A stretch of 47,495 nucleotides of DNA from an uncultured Clostridia bacterium (GTDB lineage: Bacteria; Bacillota; Clostridia; TANB77; CAG-508), in contig CALXJR010000002.1 in the NCBI GenBank assembly GCA_944388675.1, forward strand, positions 1 through 47,495, written 5' to 3'. Under the pieces are notes generated by a model. It was not told the DNA's origin. It searched no databases and was given only the letters and a program-made list of their open reading frames with translations. Shown in pieces: positions 1 to 15,000 of the stretch (position 1 is the stretch's first letter; each line of letters opens with the position of its first letter). Made by a program: the position numbers and the translations under genes.

Positions 1-3000
1 ATCTATTTGATTTAAGTCTTCTTTTAAGCTATGTTCTACTCCGTTTACTGTTATTCTATCTATTTGTTTTTGTACACTTAAGTTAAATGTTTGTTTTCTA
101 TAATAGTAAATTACTTCTATATCTTCTTCTGTGTATACTCCTGCCTCATTGCTTGGTCTTAATTCTTCTACAAAGTTATAGAATGGTATGTCTTTTTGTT
201 CTGTAGTATATGGCTGTCCACATAGACCACTCATTTGCTCTCTGTAGCTTGTGTATTCTTCACCATCTTCTGTTTGTACTTTGCGTAATATTTCTTCGTT
301 TGTGTCTACATCTACATATTTTACTGTTACAATTCCACTTGGCTTTCTTTCGTAATAGTATGTTACATATATGTCTTCTTTTGTCATTGTTCCTGTGCTA
401 TTCTCTGGCTCTGGGTCTGCTGGCCTATAGTTTTCTATTTCTTTTCTTTCTGCATTATAGCTGTCTCCACTAAAGCCTTCTATTGTTTCTTCCTCTGCTA
501 ATACTACATTGTCCGTATTGTCGTCTGGTGTATTGTCTTTTTCTAAGTATTGTACTATTACTTTTGCTGGAATCTTCTTGTAAACATATGTTACTTCTAT
601 TACTCCTTCTGTTAGTTCACCCTCTGTTTGTCCTTCAACTCTTACAAATTCGTAATTTGGTATGTCTTTTTGCTCTGTCTTGTATTGTTCTTGTACTTTA
701 CCTGAAATTGTTACATCATCTACAAGTTTGTTGCCTTCTTCATCTACATAATGTACAATTACTCCTCCTGCGTTTGTTCTTTCATAATAGTAGATTACTT
801 CTATTGTACCTTCTATCATGTTTCCTGTTGTATTATTTGTACTTTCTACATATGTATAGCCATATATATCTTTTTTCTCTGTTCTATATAGATCTCCTGC
901 TAAGCCTTCTAATTCATAACCTTCTGATATTTCTTTATCTGTATCTTTATCCACATATTTTACAATTACATTTCCTTGTATTTCTATTTTTGTTTCATAT
1001 GTAGTTTCAACAGTGTTTGTTGTTTCATTTTCATATAAGTCTATTCTTCCGTTTACTTTATTTACCATTGCTTTTGCTGTAATATCAAGGTTTTTGAATA
1101 CTACTGAAATATTCTTTTCTATTGAAACTTTGTAATCTCCGCTTTGGTATGTATTAATGTGGTCTATTTCTTCTGTCCAAGTTATTGTATTTGTTAAGCT
1201 ATCATATGTTCCACCATCTAGCTCAGATTTTTCAACATCTATTGCATATGGTAAATAGTCTGTTAGTGTTATTTCTGCTCCACCTAAGTAGTCTTCAACT
1301 GTTGCATTGTATTTAATGTTGTAATTTACTTCTTGAGTTGAGCTTGTTATTAAGTCTGTACCTGTCTTTTCTATGTTAGAGTCTAAGTTTGTATCCATTA
1401 ACTTATAACTATTTGTCACTCTTACTGTTACTAATGTATCTGTATTAAATACTTGAATATCAGGTTCATCGTAGTATTCTAAATCGTTTGTATTAGTTTC
1501 TGTCTCTAACACACTGTAGTTTATTTGATTTCCTTGCTCTGTATATTTTGGTAAGTCTTGGAATGTATGTGTCCAGTTATTTTCAGTATTTAATACTACT
1601 TTATATTCATTTTCAGTAGTTTCTGCTGTTGTAGCATTTTCCGAGTTATTATTTATGTTGTTTGTACTTATAATATCTTCAATATTTTCTACAACTTTTC
1701 CATCTGCTGTTAATTGTACTGTTACACTATCTGGTCTTCTACCCTTGATGTCTTCATTATCATCCCAAACTTTTTCTACTGTGATGTCTTTTACAAATTC
1801 TGTTTCTGTTTCCTTGCTAGCTTCAGGTGTTTCTTGTTCTTGTTTTGTTTCTTCTAAGATAATCTTTCCTTTTGCTCTATTTGTAAAGCTTTCACTTGTG
1901 CAGTTCATTTGCGTAAATACTACTTCTATGTTCTTTGTTATACTTATATCTTTTGCTTCATCTGTGTAGGTATTTACTCTTCCTAAATCTTCTACCCAAG
2001 TTATTGTGTTATTTGCTGGATTATATAATCCGCCATTTAATTCTGATATTGCTTCATCTATTGCATAAGGTAAGTAGTCAACTATTTCTACTTTTGCATT
2101 TCCTACATAGTTTTCAACTCTTCCTGTGTAGCTAATTGTATAACTTACTTTATCGTCTTTATTTATGATTTTGTCTGTACCTTCTTTTGTAATTGTATTT
2201 TCTGTTATATCTCCTGGTTGTAATCTGTAGTAGTAAATTACTTCTATTGGTGTTCTAGTCATTATTCCTGTAGTGTTTCCGGTATTTGAAACTACTTTGT
2301 AGTTTTCTTGTACATTGCTTGATGCACTTGTTGTGTAATCTTGGCCTACAAATCCTTCCTTAGTTTCATCTTCTACCACTTCTCCATATACTTTTGATGG
2401 TACTTTTTGTGTTGTTCCTTCTATGTAGTGATGTACTATTATGTATGTTGGAATTTGTACTTTTGTTTCAAATGTTGCTTCTTTTGTATCTTCTAGAACT
2501 ACTTTATCTTCTCCTGGTTTTTCTGGATCTTTTTGTATTAATTCTAGTTTGCCTTCTACTCTATTTGGTATTGTTCCTTCTAGAGTTTCTGCATCTTCTC
2601 CATATACATATTTTACTGTTATGTTCTTTTCTATATTTACTGTTTTGCCTCCGTTTGTATATGTATCTATTGAACCTAAGTCTTCTTCCCATGTTATTGT
2701 CTTTGCATTAGAGTCATAGAATCCGCCATCTAAATATTGTTTTTCTACATCTATTTCATATGGTAAGTAATCTACTAAGGTAACTTTTCCTTCTCCTACA
2801 AAGTCTTTTATTGTTGCATTATATGTTATTTGATATGTTATAGAGTCTTCTGTAGAATTTATTATTTCTGTTCCTGTTTTTTCTATTGTGCTTTCTTCTT
2901 TTATTTCTGGTTTTTCATATGGAGTTTCTGTTTCGTTTGTATCTTCTCCATCTATGCTAGCTATGTTTGTGATATTCTTACTGTCTACTACATCGTAATT

Positions 3001-6000
3001 TACAGTTACCTCAAAGCTTACTTCCGCCGATTCTCCAACAGCTATGCTATCTATTGTCCATGTTATTTCGTTTTTGTCATTTACTGCTCCTCCAATAGAT
3101 GTCTTACTTAATGTTGTTCCTTCTGGTACTACATCTTTTACTGTTACATTTGTTACAGGTTCTTCTCCTAAGTTGTTTACTCTTATTGTGTATTTAATCT
3201 TATCTCCTGCTGTAACTGTTCCTTCTGGAAGTTCTTCTTCTGTTTGTCTAATTACTTCTGATGTTTTTTCGTAATTTATTACTGGTACTTTTGTCTCATT
3301 TGTTTCTTCTTCATCTACTGTTGCTGTGTTCTTAATTTCTGTTGCTCCTTCAAGTACTGTTACTGTAAAGCTTATTGTTTGTTCTGTGTCTCCCACATCT
3401 ACTGTTATTCCACTTTCTAATTGTTCTTTTGTTACATTAGACTCTGTTCCATTTAGAAGTACACTACCTTCTACAAACTCTGTTCCTTCTGGAATACTAT
3501 CTGCTACTGTAATTGTCTTACTTAAGTCTCCTGTGTTTCTAATTCTTATTGTGTATGTTATTTTCTCACCTGGTATTACATAACTTAAGTCTTTTTCTGT
3601 TTTCATCTCTTTGTTTGCTTCTATTACTGCTTCTACATACTCATGTGTTACTTCATTTGTTGGTACATCATTTACTGTTGCAATATTTGTTATTGTATCT
3701 CCATTTTCTAAGTCTTGTACTTTAACTCTAAACTCTACTGTTTTAGCATCTCCTGCTCCTATTTCTATATTTATTCCCGTTGTTGTTAAGTCTTCTAATG
3801 TATAGCTTTCATCGCTACCTTCTACTTTTATACTTCCATCTACAAAGTTTGTTCCTTCTGGTATACTATCTTTTACTGTAACATCTACTGGCAATGTTCC
3901 TTTGATATTTTCTAATACTATTACATATCTTATTTCATCACCTTGTGTTACTTTTTCTCCATTTGCTGGCTCTGATGTTTTTCCTATTCTTAAGTCTGTT
4001 TTATTCACTGTTTCTGTTACTTCATTTGTTTCTTTGCCATCAACTGTTGCAGTATTTTTTATTGCTTTCATAAATAAGTCTTCTTCTAACTCATCTACTG
4101 TAACTTGGAAGCTTACTTCTGCTATTCCTTTTGCTGCTACATTTACTGTTATTCCTGTGTTTAAGTCTTCCTCTGTGTATTCGTTTGGAACGTCTAAGCT
4201 ATTTTCTGTTATTTTTATGCTATTCTCAACAAATGTTGTTCCTTCTGGCACCTCGTCTTGAACTACTACTTCTTTTCCAACTTCTCCAGAGTTTTCTACT
4301 GTTACTTTATAAGTAATTGTTTCTCCTTCTACAACATGGTCTTGATTATTCTCTGTTTCTGCAGATTTTGTAGCTGTAATTATTGGTCCATTATATGTGT
4401 TTGTAATTGTTGTTCCTTCTATGTCTTTTTGATAGTATGCTAAGTCTCCTTCATTTACCTCTACTTCATCTACTGTGTAATTTATTTCTTTTCCTTGTGA
4501 ATCATATTTTTGTAAGTTTGTAAATATGTAACTCCATGTATTTATATCTTCACCTACTTTGTTTGCTTCTGTTAATACCGCTTCTTGTACTACATTTTCT
4601 CCATTCTTTAATTGAACTTTTACTTGTGTTGGTATTGTATAAATATTATTTGTATGGTTCCATACCTTTGTTACTGTTACATCTTTTCTAAAGTCTGTGG
4701 TTGTTGTTACTGTGTCTTCTACTGGACCTTCTTCTTGCTCTGTTGCATCTAGCTCTATTTGTCCTTGTACTTTATTATCAAAGCTTGTCTGGCTATAATC
4801 CATATCTTTATATACTACTGTTATTTGTTTTGTTATTGTTATTTTTCCTGTTTCTGCATTTGTATATGTGTCTATGTTTTCTATGTCTTGTGTCCATGTT
4901 ATTGTATTTTGAGCCTCGTTATATAGACCGCCATCTAAGTTAGATTTTGCCTCATCTATCTCATATGGTAGTGTGTCTACTATTGTTACTTTTGCATTTC
5001 CTATGTAGTCTGTTACTTTTCCTGTGTAAGTTATACTATATGTTACAGCTTCATTTTCTTGTGTTATTTTCTCTGGTCCTTGTTTATCTATTTGTTGTTC
5101 TATTTGTGCATCTTTTATTCTATAGTAGTATATTACTTCTATTTGCTCTGGTGTCATTGTACCATTTTTATTTGATGGCTCTGCTACTAGCTCGTAGTTT
5201 GGTGGTATGTCTGTTGCATATTCTGTTTCATATGTTTGTCCTACTTTACCATTTATTAATACGTCTTGAATTACATCTCCATTAATAGATGGCACTCTTT
5301 CATCTGTTCCTTCTATGTAATGGTGTACTATTACACTTGTATCCATTGCTTCGTTTGTTAATGTAACTAAAGCTTGCTCATTTGCAATTAAATCTGTTGG
5401 TATTTCGTTAAATGTAAACATACTTGCATTATACATGTCTAATACTGCATAACCGGATTCTGTTTCTTGCATTTGGATATCATCAGGATTACTGTTCGTA
5501 ATATCTAAATCAAATTTCACTATTCCTTCTACTAATCCTTCTGTATTATATTTTATTAATCCTACAGATAATGGTACTTCTGCACCTAAATCTGCTGTCA
5601 ATGTTATTTCTTCTCCACTTGCTGTATCTTCTGGTGCAACTGTTATTTCTCCCATGTATGCCATAATACCAATATAGCCACTACTTACTTCTTTGATACG
5701 TGCTATTGATGACATTCCAGTTATGTCTTTTGCCCATTCTATTTTTCCTTCTTGATTATATTTAATTAAAGCTCCACCTTGTACTTGTATTTCTTCTCCA
5801 CTTACTGTTTCAGTACTATCAAATACTATTGGTTCTTCTAAATAAGCTGATACTATTATTCCTCCATCTTTAGTTATTGCTAAACTCGTAGTTTGATAGT
5901 CTATATTTGGTTCTTTTATTTCAACAGCACTACTTACTTTACCTTCTTCATTGTAAATTAACATTACTGCACTAGAACTCGATATATTTAATATTGTTTC

Positions 6001-9000
6001 TTCTCCTGACTCTGTATTTTCCGAAGGTATAGTCACTGTTTGGTCTGCTGGTACATATTGGAATACGAAATCATCACATATATAGCCTATATTTACCAAA
6101 GTATTTACTTGTAAGTAATTTACATTTTGCATCCATTTTACTTTTCCTTCTTTATTAAAGGTAATCATGTACATACTTTCTGAATCTGTTCCATTAATTG
6201 TGATTGATTGGTTATTCTCTGTTTCTTCTGCTGGAATTGTTAGTTCACCAGCATATATACCTAATGCCGTTATATCTCCATTTTTACTTATCATAGTATA
6301 TGCTAATATATTAGCACTATTCTCTTGAGATTTTACTTGATTTACTTTTACTATTTTTCCTTCTTTGTTAATTGTAAGAATTACTCCATCCATCATAGAT
6401 GTTTTTTCTAAATAAATATCCTCTCCTGATACTGTATTTTCAGCGGGAATTGTTACATTATCTTTAAGTCCTCCTGAAACCACTAAATTTTCTTCAGCAT
6501 CTAATGATATTATCTCTGATAATAATTGTATTTTATCCGAATCCATCCATGATAAGTCCAAATTAGCAAGTGAAATATCTTCTCCTTTTTCAATAGCATG
6601 TCCTGTATATCCTTCTGAAGTTATTTCAATTATTGTTTTTCTATCTTCTTCATTTTCTGCTAGTTTATAACCTTCTGGTGCTTTTACTTCTGTTAAGATA
6701 TATTTTCCTGGTTCTAAGTTTTCTGCTATTTGTCCATTTTCATCTGTAGTGGCAACTCTTAAATCTTGTCCGTCTATGTTCTCTATTTGCCCAACTGGGT
6801 TACCATTGCCATCTGTTACTTCGTTGCCTTGTTCGTCTGTTATTGTGAATTTAGCGTTTGGTAATAATTCACCAAATTCTCCTTGTTTTATTACTTTTAG
6901 AGTTGGGTCATTACCTATTGTGCATGTTATTTGTTTTTCTTCTCCTACAACTTCTGCAAAGTTTCCTTCTAGCATTTCTAAATTATAGATTCCATCTTGG
7001 TAATGTGCAACAAATTTATAAATATTACTATTTGATACATAACCTTTTGGTGTAGATATTTCTTGTAATGTGTATTCTATTTCATCTTCTAGTCCTTGTA
7101 ACCTTATAGTTCCATCTTCTGCTGTTACATAATTTTCTACTCTTTCTTCACCATATTGTGTTGTATATGTTAATTGGAACTCAGTTTCTGCTATTGGTTC
7201 TTTTGTCTCTATATCTATTTTGTTTAATGTTAAATCAAAGTAATTTATTTTTTCATCTACTATTGTTACTACATTGTCTTTATCTAATTCTACAACTGTT
7301 TCTATAGGTTCATTTAATAATTTATAACCATCTGGTGCTTTTGTTTCTGTTATAACAACATTTCCAATTGGGAAGTCTAAATTTATTTCACCATTTTGAT
7401 TAGTTATCATATTACCTCTACTACCGTTTTCTTTATTTTCTATTACGAATGTTGCACCTGCTAATGGTTCTCCATTTGCATTTTGTTTTATTATTTTTAG
7501 ATTTGCTTGTTTTAGTCTATATTCATAAGTTATTACTATTTCTTCTGTTCCAAATGTTCCTGTTGCATTTGAAGGTATTTCTACTAGTTCATATTTTTCA
7601 TCTAATTTTTCTAGTGTTATAGCTTTAGTAGAATATTCTTCTCCTTCTTTTCCTATTCTTGTTTCATCCTGAGCTAAACTTCCATCTTTTAATGGTACTG
7701 GATTTGTTGTTCCTTCTATATAATGATGTACTATTAATGGATAATCTTTTGCTTCATAATAGTATATTACTTCTTGGTCATTATCTACATCTCCATCAAA
7801 TGTTCCATTTGCTTCTTCTGGTATTACATAGTTTTCTTCTTCATCTTTTTCTAGTTCATATTTTTCTAAGTCCATATGAGGAATTGTTCTATATTCTTCT
7901 CCTTCTTTTCCAAGTAATATTTCATCTTCTGCAACTGGAGTAGTTGTATATGTTCCATCTTCTTTTAAATAATGATGTACTATTACTTTTTGTAATTCTT
8001 TATTTTGTATTGTTATTTCATGTTCTCCATCTGATGTAAATTCAAGTGTTATTGGTTCTTCAATTGTTTCATAGCCATATGGTACTTCTATTTCTGTTAT
8101 TTCGTATGTTCCAAATGGTAGTTGTACAACTGCTTTTCCTTCTTCATCTGTTGTAACTATTGTTTCATATAAGTTGCTTGCATCTTCACCTTCTGTTTGT
8201 GTTAGCCTAAATTTTGCTCCTTCTAGTGGTTCTCCTGTATGTTCATCTACTTTGCTTATAACTAATTTATGGTCTTTTTGCATATATGTTACTTCTACAT
8301 GTATGTTTTCTGTAACATTTGTAAACTGTGGCATTGTAAATGTTCCATCTGTATTTTCTTCAAATGGATAATCTCCTCCATTTACTGTAATTTTTACTAT
8401 TTCATAGTCTGGTTCTGGTGTCATTACTATTTCTTTTGTGCTATTATCTCCATATTTTACTTCTTCATAAGGATTTAAATCTTCTCCTGAAATACTTCCC
8501 CCTTTTACTCCATCTATTTCATTTACATCTGTGGTTATTTTTAATATATTTTTTTGGTTTTCCACTGTTAATTCTTGAACTTCTGGAACTCCAGTCATAT
8601 TAACAATCTTTAAAATCATTCCATTTTCGTAGCCATTATTGTTTAAAGTATGCCCATCTGTTTCTATTGTTCCACTATTAAAGTATCCCCCTGCTATTAC
8701 AATACCATCATTTTTTTCACTAACTGATTCTATAATTTCAGAATTATTTCCTCCTATAGATTTTGCCCATTCTACTTTTCCTTTGTCATTATACTTTACT
8801 ATTATTCCATCACTTATTGTTATTTTTTCATCAAACTTTACATTAGTTACTGTATAATTATCTACTGTAATACTTTTACTAGTAAAACTTCCTCCAATTA
8901 AATAACCTCCATCATTAGTTTCTATTACCGTGTTAATTATATCATCTTTTTTTCCTCCAATGCTTCTTACCCATTCCAAATTTTCATTTCTATCATATTT

Positions 9001-12000
9001 TACTATCATTCCTTCTGAAAAACCATACATCGAATTAAAATTATTGTTTACTAAATTATAATTTCCTACTTTAATGCTTTGACTAGTAAAATATCCACCT
9101 ATTATAAATCCTCCATCGTTTGTTCCTTTTATTGAATTTATTACTTCATCTCTACTTCCTCTTATACTTGTTGTCCATTCTACTTTGCCATCTTTGTTGT
9201 ATTTGATTACCATTCCATCTCTGTAACCCGTACTGTTAGTATTTGTTAAGGTATAGTCTCCTACTGTGATACTAGAACTATAAAAATATCCTCCTACTAT
9301 GTATCCTCCATCTTGCATTTCTGCTACTGAATTTATATAATCACCACTACTTCCACCTATGCTTGTTGCCCACTCGACTTCTCCTTCTCTACTATATTTT
9401 ATTACCATTCCATCATAAGAACCTGCATTTGTTAGGGTATAGTCTCCTACTATGATACTTGAACTTCTAAAGTATCCTCCTACTACATAATCTCCATCTC
9501 TGGTCTCTGCTACTGAAGTTATTTCTTCAATATTATTACCTCCTATGCTTGTTGCCCATTCTACTTCTCCATTATGATTATATTTTATTACCATTACATC
9601 GCCAATACCAGCATTTGTTAAGTCATAGTCTCCTACTGTGATATTGCTTGTAAAAGTTCCTCCTACTATGTAGCCTCCATCTCTTGTTGCTGCTACTGAT
9701 TTTATTTCGACAATACCTCCACTTCCTATGCTTGTTGCCCTTTCTACTTCTCCATTGTTATCATATTTTATTACCAATCCACTAGAATCACCTGTATTTG
9801 TTAAGGTATAGTCTCCCATTGTGATACTTGAACTCGAGAAATATCCTCCTGCTATATAGCCTCCATCACTTGTTGCTGTGACTGTTGTTATTTGGTCAGA
9901 ATTTTCTCCTCCTACTGAGGTTGCTTGTATTGTGGTAGGGTCATTTAAATCTACTTGCTCATATTTTATTACCATTCCCTCATAATTACCATTACTTTTT
10001 AGCTCTATTCTATCTAATTTAATATCTCCCTTAAAACGTCCTCCTACTATGTAATCTCCATCATGCGTTTCTGCAACTGAATATATATTGTCAGCATCAC
10101 TTCCTCCTATTACTTTTGCCCATTCTGCTGTTCCATCTACTCCATATTTAATTACCATTCCGTCATAATCTCCATTACTTCTTAGTTCTATTCCATCTAC
10201 TGTGATATTTTTAGAGAAATATCCTCCTACTATGAAGCCTCCATCTTGCGTTTCTGTTACTGAATTAATCATATCATAACGAATTCCACCTATTGTGTTT
10301 ACCCACTTAACTTCTCCTTTTGCTCCATACTTTATTATTATCCCATCATAATAACCATTATTTTTTAGTTCTATTCCATCTACTGTGATACTTCTTTGAA
10401 AAAATCCTCCTACTATGTAGTCTCCATCTTCTGTTTGTGCTACTGAATTAATATAATCATAATCACTTCCACCTACTGCATTTGCCCATTCTGCTGTTCC
10501 ATCTACTCCATATTTAATTACCATTCCGTCATAATCTCCATTACTTCTTAGTTCTATTCCATCTACTGTAATATTGCTACTCCTAAAACGTCCTCCTACT
10601 AGAATTCCTCCATCACTTGTTGCTGATACTGAATTTATTTGTTCATCATCATTTCCTCCTATGCTTCTTGCCCACTCTACTTCTCCGTCTCTACTATATT
10701 TTATTACCATTCCATCACAAGTATAAGAACTACCTGCATTTGTTAGAATGTAGCTTTCATCTAATTCTATTTTGTCACTTCCGAAATATCCTCCTACTAC
10801 GATTTCTCCCTCTTCTGTTACTGCTACTGAACTTACTTCATCTGAACTACTTCCTCCTATACTTTTTGCCCATTCTACTTCTCCTTCTGCTCCGTATTTT
10901 ATCACCATTCCATCATGAGAACTACTGCTAGCATTTGTTAAAGTATAGTTACCTACCTTAATACTACTTGATCCGAAATACCCTCCTGCTATATAGCCTC
11001 CATCACTAGTTGCTGCAACTGTTGTTATTTCGTCATAATCACTTCCACCTATAGACATTGCTTGTGTTGGTACATGTCCTGTTGGTTGTGGTCTTGATGC
11101 TCCTATTCCGAAGTAATATGTTTGGTTTGATAAATCATATTGTTCTGGTGCTTGTACTTCTACTGCTTTGTATAGTCCTTCTGGTAAGTCTACTGTTAGT
11201 TCTCCATTTTCATCTGTTTGTACTGTATAATATTCTCTTCCATTTATTGTTTCTTTTGTTCCTACTATTTCTTCTTTACTGTTTCTTGCTGGCTGTTCTG
11301 TTCCATCGTCCACGTTAAATATAGCAAATTTTATGTTTGCTAATGTTGCTTTAGTTTCTGCATCTTTTTTTATTAGTTTAAATGATGGGCTGTCTTCTAT
11401 TGTTAATGTTACTGTGTTTCCATCCACTGTGTAGTTTCTTTCTTCATTGTTTTCGTCTATTAATATTAGTTGGTCAGTTTCTTCGTCTTTTTGTACTCTA
11501 AAGCTTATGTCTTGTACTTTTGCATAACCTTCTGGTGCCATTACTTCTTTTAAGGTATAGGTTTGGTCTATATTTTTTTCTGATTCATATTGGTATAAGC
11601 CTTCTATTGTAACATATCCTTGTTCGTCTGTTGTATATTTTCCTAATTCTTCGCTTCCTTTATATAATTTAAATGTGGCATTTGCTAAAGGCACTACTTC
11701 TGTATCTGCTAAGCTTGTTTCTGCTTGTGCTATTAGTTCGTCCTCACTAACAGTACTTTCTGTTGTTTTTTGTATTTTGAATAATTGTAAGTTATATGTT
11801 GGTATTTTTTCATCTTCTAATGTAAAGTTTACTACTGGTATATCGTTTTCTTCTGTTACATTTTGTTCTAGCACTGTTCCTTCTGTTACTTGTAATTCAT
11901 AGCTTCCATTGTTATTTACTATTTTAAATTTTATTGGGCTTGCTAAATAGTACCCATCAGCTTTTACTTCTTCCAATGTGTATTCTTGATTTACAGATAA

Positions 12001-15000
12001 TCCATTAAGGATTGCTTCTCCATTTGTGTTTGTTCTTATTGTTCTTCCTGTTTCTGGTAAGCCATATCCTGTAATTTTATATTTAACTCCATAAAGCAAT
12101 ATATCAGTTCCTTGTTCTTTCTTTACTAGTTTTAAACTTGCTTTTATTTCGTCTTCTACTTGTATGCTTACTTTATAATTTTCTCCATCTTCTTTTATTA
12201 CTTGTGGGTCCTCTCTTGTTTCTCCAGTTTTTTCTATTGTAAGTATTCCTTGTTCATCTACATGACCAATAAACCTTATAACGTTGCTGTTTAATTCGTA
12301 GTTATCAGGTGTTTTTATTTCTCTTAATTCATATGTTCTTTCTGCATAAAGATTCCTTATTGTTAGTTTTCCTTCTGAGTTTGTAACTCCTGTTTTTGCA
12401 TCTTCATAGCTTTCTGTTCCATCATCCTTTGTAATTACTTCTTGTATGCTATATGTTGCTCCTGGAACTAATTTATCTTTTCCTGTTTGGAATTTACTTA
12501 GTTCTAGATTATATTTTTCTGCTATTCTAAGTCCTATTTTATTTGGCTCTGTTTGAGTTCTATATTTTCCATCTTCTGTGTCTAGTGCAAAATATACTCC
12601 ATGGTGACTAAATGATACTTGGTTAAATTCTAATCCATTTGGTATTTTTACTGTGTAATAGAATACATATTCTTGTCCTGTAGGCATTACATAGTCGCCT
12701 AAGTCTATTAAGAATGTTTTTATTTCATCCCAATTTGTTACTTCTTCTGATGTTTGCCATCCATTTTCACCATTGCTTAAATCTCTATCTGGATTTTCGT
12801 TTGTAGAATAGTAAATTGTAGCTGTGTCTAATAAGTCTTGTGGAATTTCTATACCCGTATCTACCATCTTTGTTGTGAATGTTGAACCTAGGCTACTACC
12901 ACTTAATACATATGTATTTCCTTCAAACGGGATTTTACCTAATATTTCTATCTCACTTATTGTACTTGCATAGTTATTTTTTATCTGTACTCCTATTTTT
13001 ACTGTTTGTTCTTCCTGCTCTTGGTCTACTACTGCATAAACTGGTTTTATATCTGCCACTTGTGGTGATACTACTACACTTCCTTTATCATCATAATCTG
13101 ACGCTGTTTGGTTTGTTAAAAGTGAGTTTGGTGATACCATACTGATACTCGTTGTTCTATAATTTACTAATTCTTCTGTGTTTAAGTTATTATTTACATC
13201 AAATCTATCTTGTGCTGTATAGTAATAGTCATTACCATTTTCATTTGATGCATACAATTCTATATTTCTAGATGTTGTTGCAATTCTTGGATCTGGTGTT
13301 AAGTCAACATCTATTTTTATATCATATGTCTGTTCTTTATCATTTTTTGTAACTATTTTTATGAATTTTTGTCCATCTTCTTCTATTAGTTCGTAGCTTT
13401 CTAGACTTACATTTGAATTATTTATTTCTACACTATTTAGCTCTGCTGTTAACATTTCATCTGGTAGTTTTACTAAAAATGAACCATTTACCCAACCTAC
13501 TTGGTTTGAGCTTGTATTTGCAGATGCTCTTATTGTAATAATATCATTTTCTTCTGTTGCTTGTGTTGATATTGTATTATTGCTTATGCTAATAGTTGCA
13601 ATAGAGAATGGTGCTTCATAATGTGCTTGATGAGTATCTGTCTCCACGTATTGTCCACCAACATATCCTTCTAAATTAGATTTTATATAATCTAATTCAT
13701 TAAACTCTGCTCTTTCATATTTTTCTAAAATCTTTTCATCATCTAATTCTTTTACATTATATACATAGAAATATGCATCATTTTCTACTATATTACTTGT
13801 TTCTACTCTTATGTGTTTTACAGATGTTTCATATCTGTATGGATTAGAACTTGTGTATCTGTTCCAATCACTTGAAGTAAATGTTACTAAAAGATTATCT
13901 GTTTCTTCATCATATACATTTATGTAACCATCTGTGCCTAACATTCTGTCTGCTCCAGAGAAGTATATTCCAACATTAGTTGTTACATCTTCCATACTTT
14001 CTTGTGAAGCATCTGATTTTATAAATTGGTCTACTACTTGCTCGCTATCGTTTTGTGTTTCCTTCATTACAATGCTTCCTAAGTTACTATTTGTTCCTAT
14101 ATATGCTTGCCATTTAACTATATATGTGTCATCTCTTTCTTCTTCACTTTGACCATTGTATAGTCTTAAAGGTTTTTGTTTTGATACAATATATCTATAT
14201 GTTGGGCTTGATACATAATTTCCAACCGTTATGTCAAATCTTGACTGTGTTCCTTGGTATTTTTGGAAGTTTGCTACTATCGTTGCTTTTGCTGTGTTAG
14301 ATAGATATGGGTTTGTAAATTCGTCGTTTGTGTTGTTATAACCTTCATAATATGTGCTTGCTGGTATTCTTAGTTGAACTGAATCTGTTCCTAAGCTAGT
14401 ATATGCTTCTAGTGGGTATGTTACTCTTACACTATAACTGTTAGATGTTGATAGTTTGTTTGTTACTGTTCCATCTTCTGCTAGAGTTGAAGTTCTTTCT
14501 AGTGTTAATATTTTTGTTTCTTCATTATAATTTGTTGTTGCGTTACTTCCTGTATATACTACTTCTAATGGTGCATAACCATTTAGCTCTAGTATTTCTA
14601 CTTCTGTGTGATTCTTTCCTAATAATAGTTCTTGTCTTGTTTCGTTTGTATTTACTGTAAATGTTAGATTAATTTTTCCGTTCTCTTCATCTATTAAATC
14701 CTCTATATATTTGCTTTGATATGTATTGCTTATGCTAGCACTAGTTCTTCCATGCCAATCCACAGTAAAATCTACTGTTTTACTTATTTCAATATTTTGT
14801 TCTTGTCCTTCTTCATCTGTATATACATATGTTCCTGTTAGTGTTACACTGTTTACTTTGCTGTAATTATTTATATTACTTCCTATTGCATTTGCTTTTC
14901 CTGAAGAGTATGTATAATCTCCACTTCTTACTATTCCTGTTATTAACTTTTGTGTACCATTGTTTATTTGGTTTAAGCCTATTTCTTTTATATTGTTTCC

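Noticed and set aside
8610-11060. Regular ~185-nt periodicity that could superficially suggest a CRISPR-like or satellite array
   Set aside because: The repeats are ~185 nt, not 25-40 nt. They are imperfect, with no unique spacers. They are in frame with and translate as a coherent protein repeat, so they are coding repeats of the giant gene.
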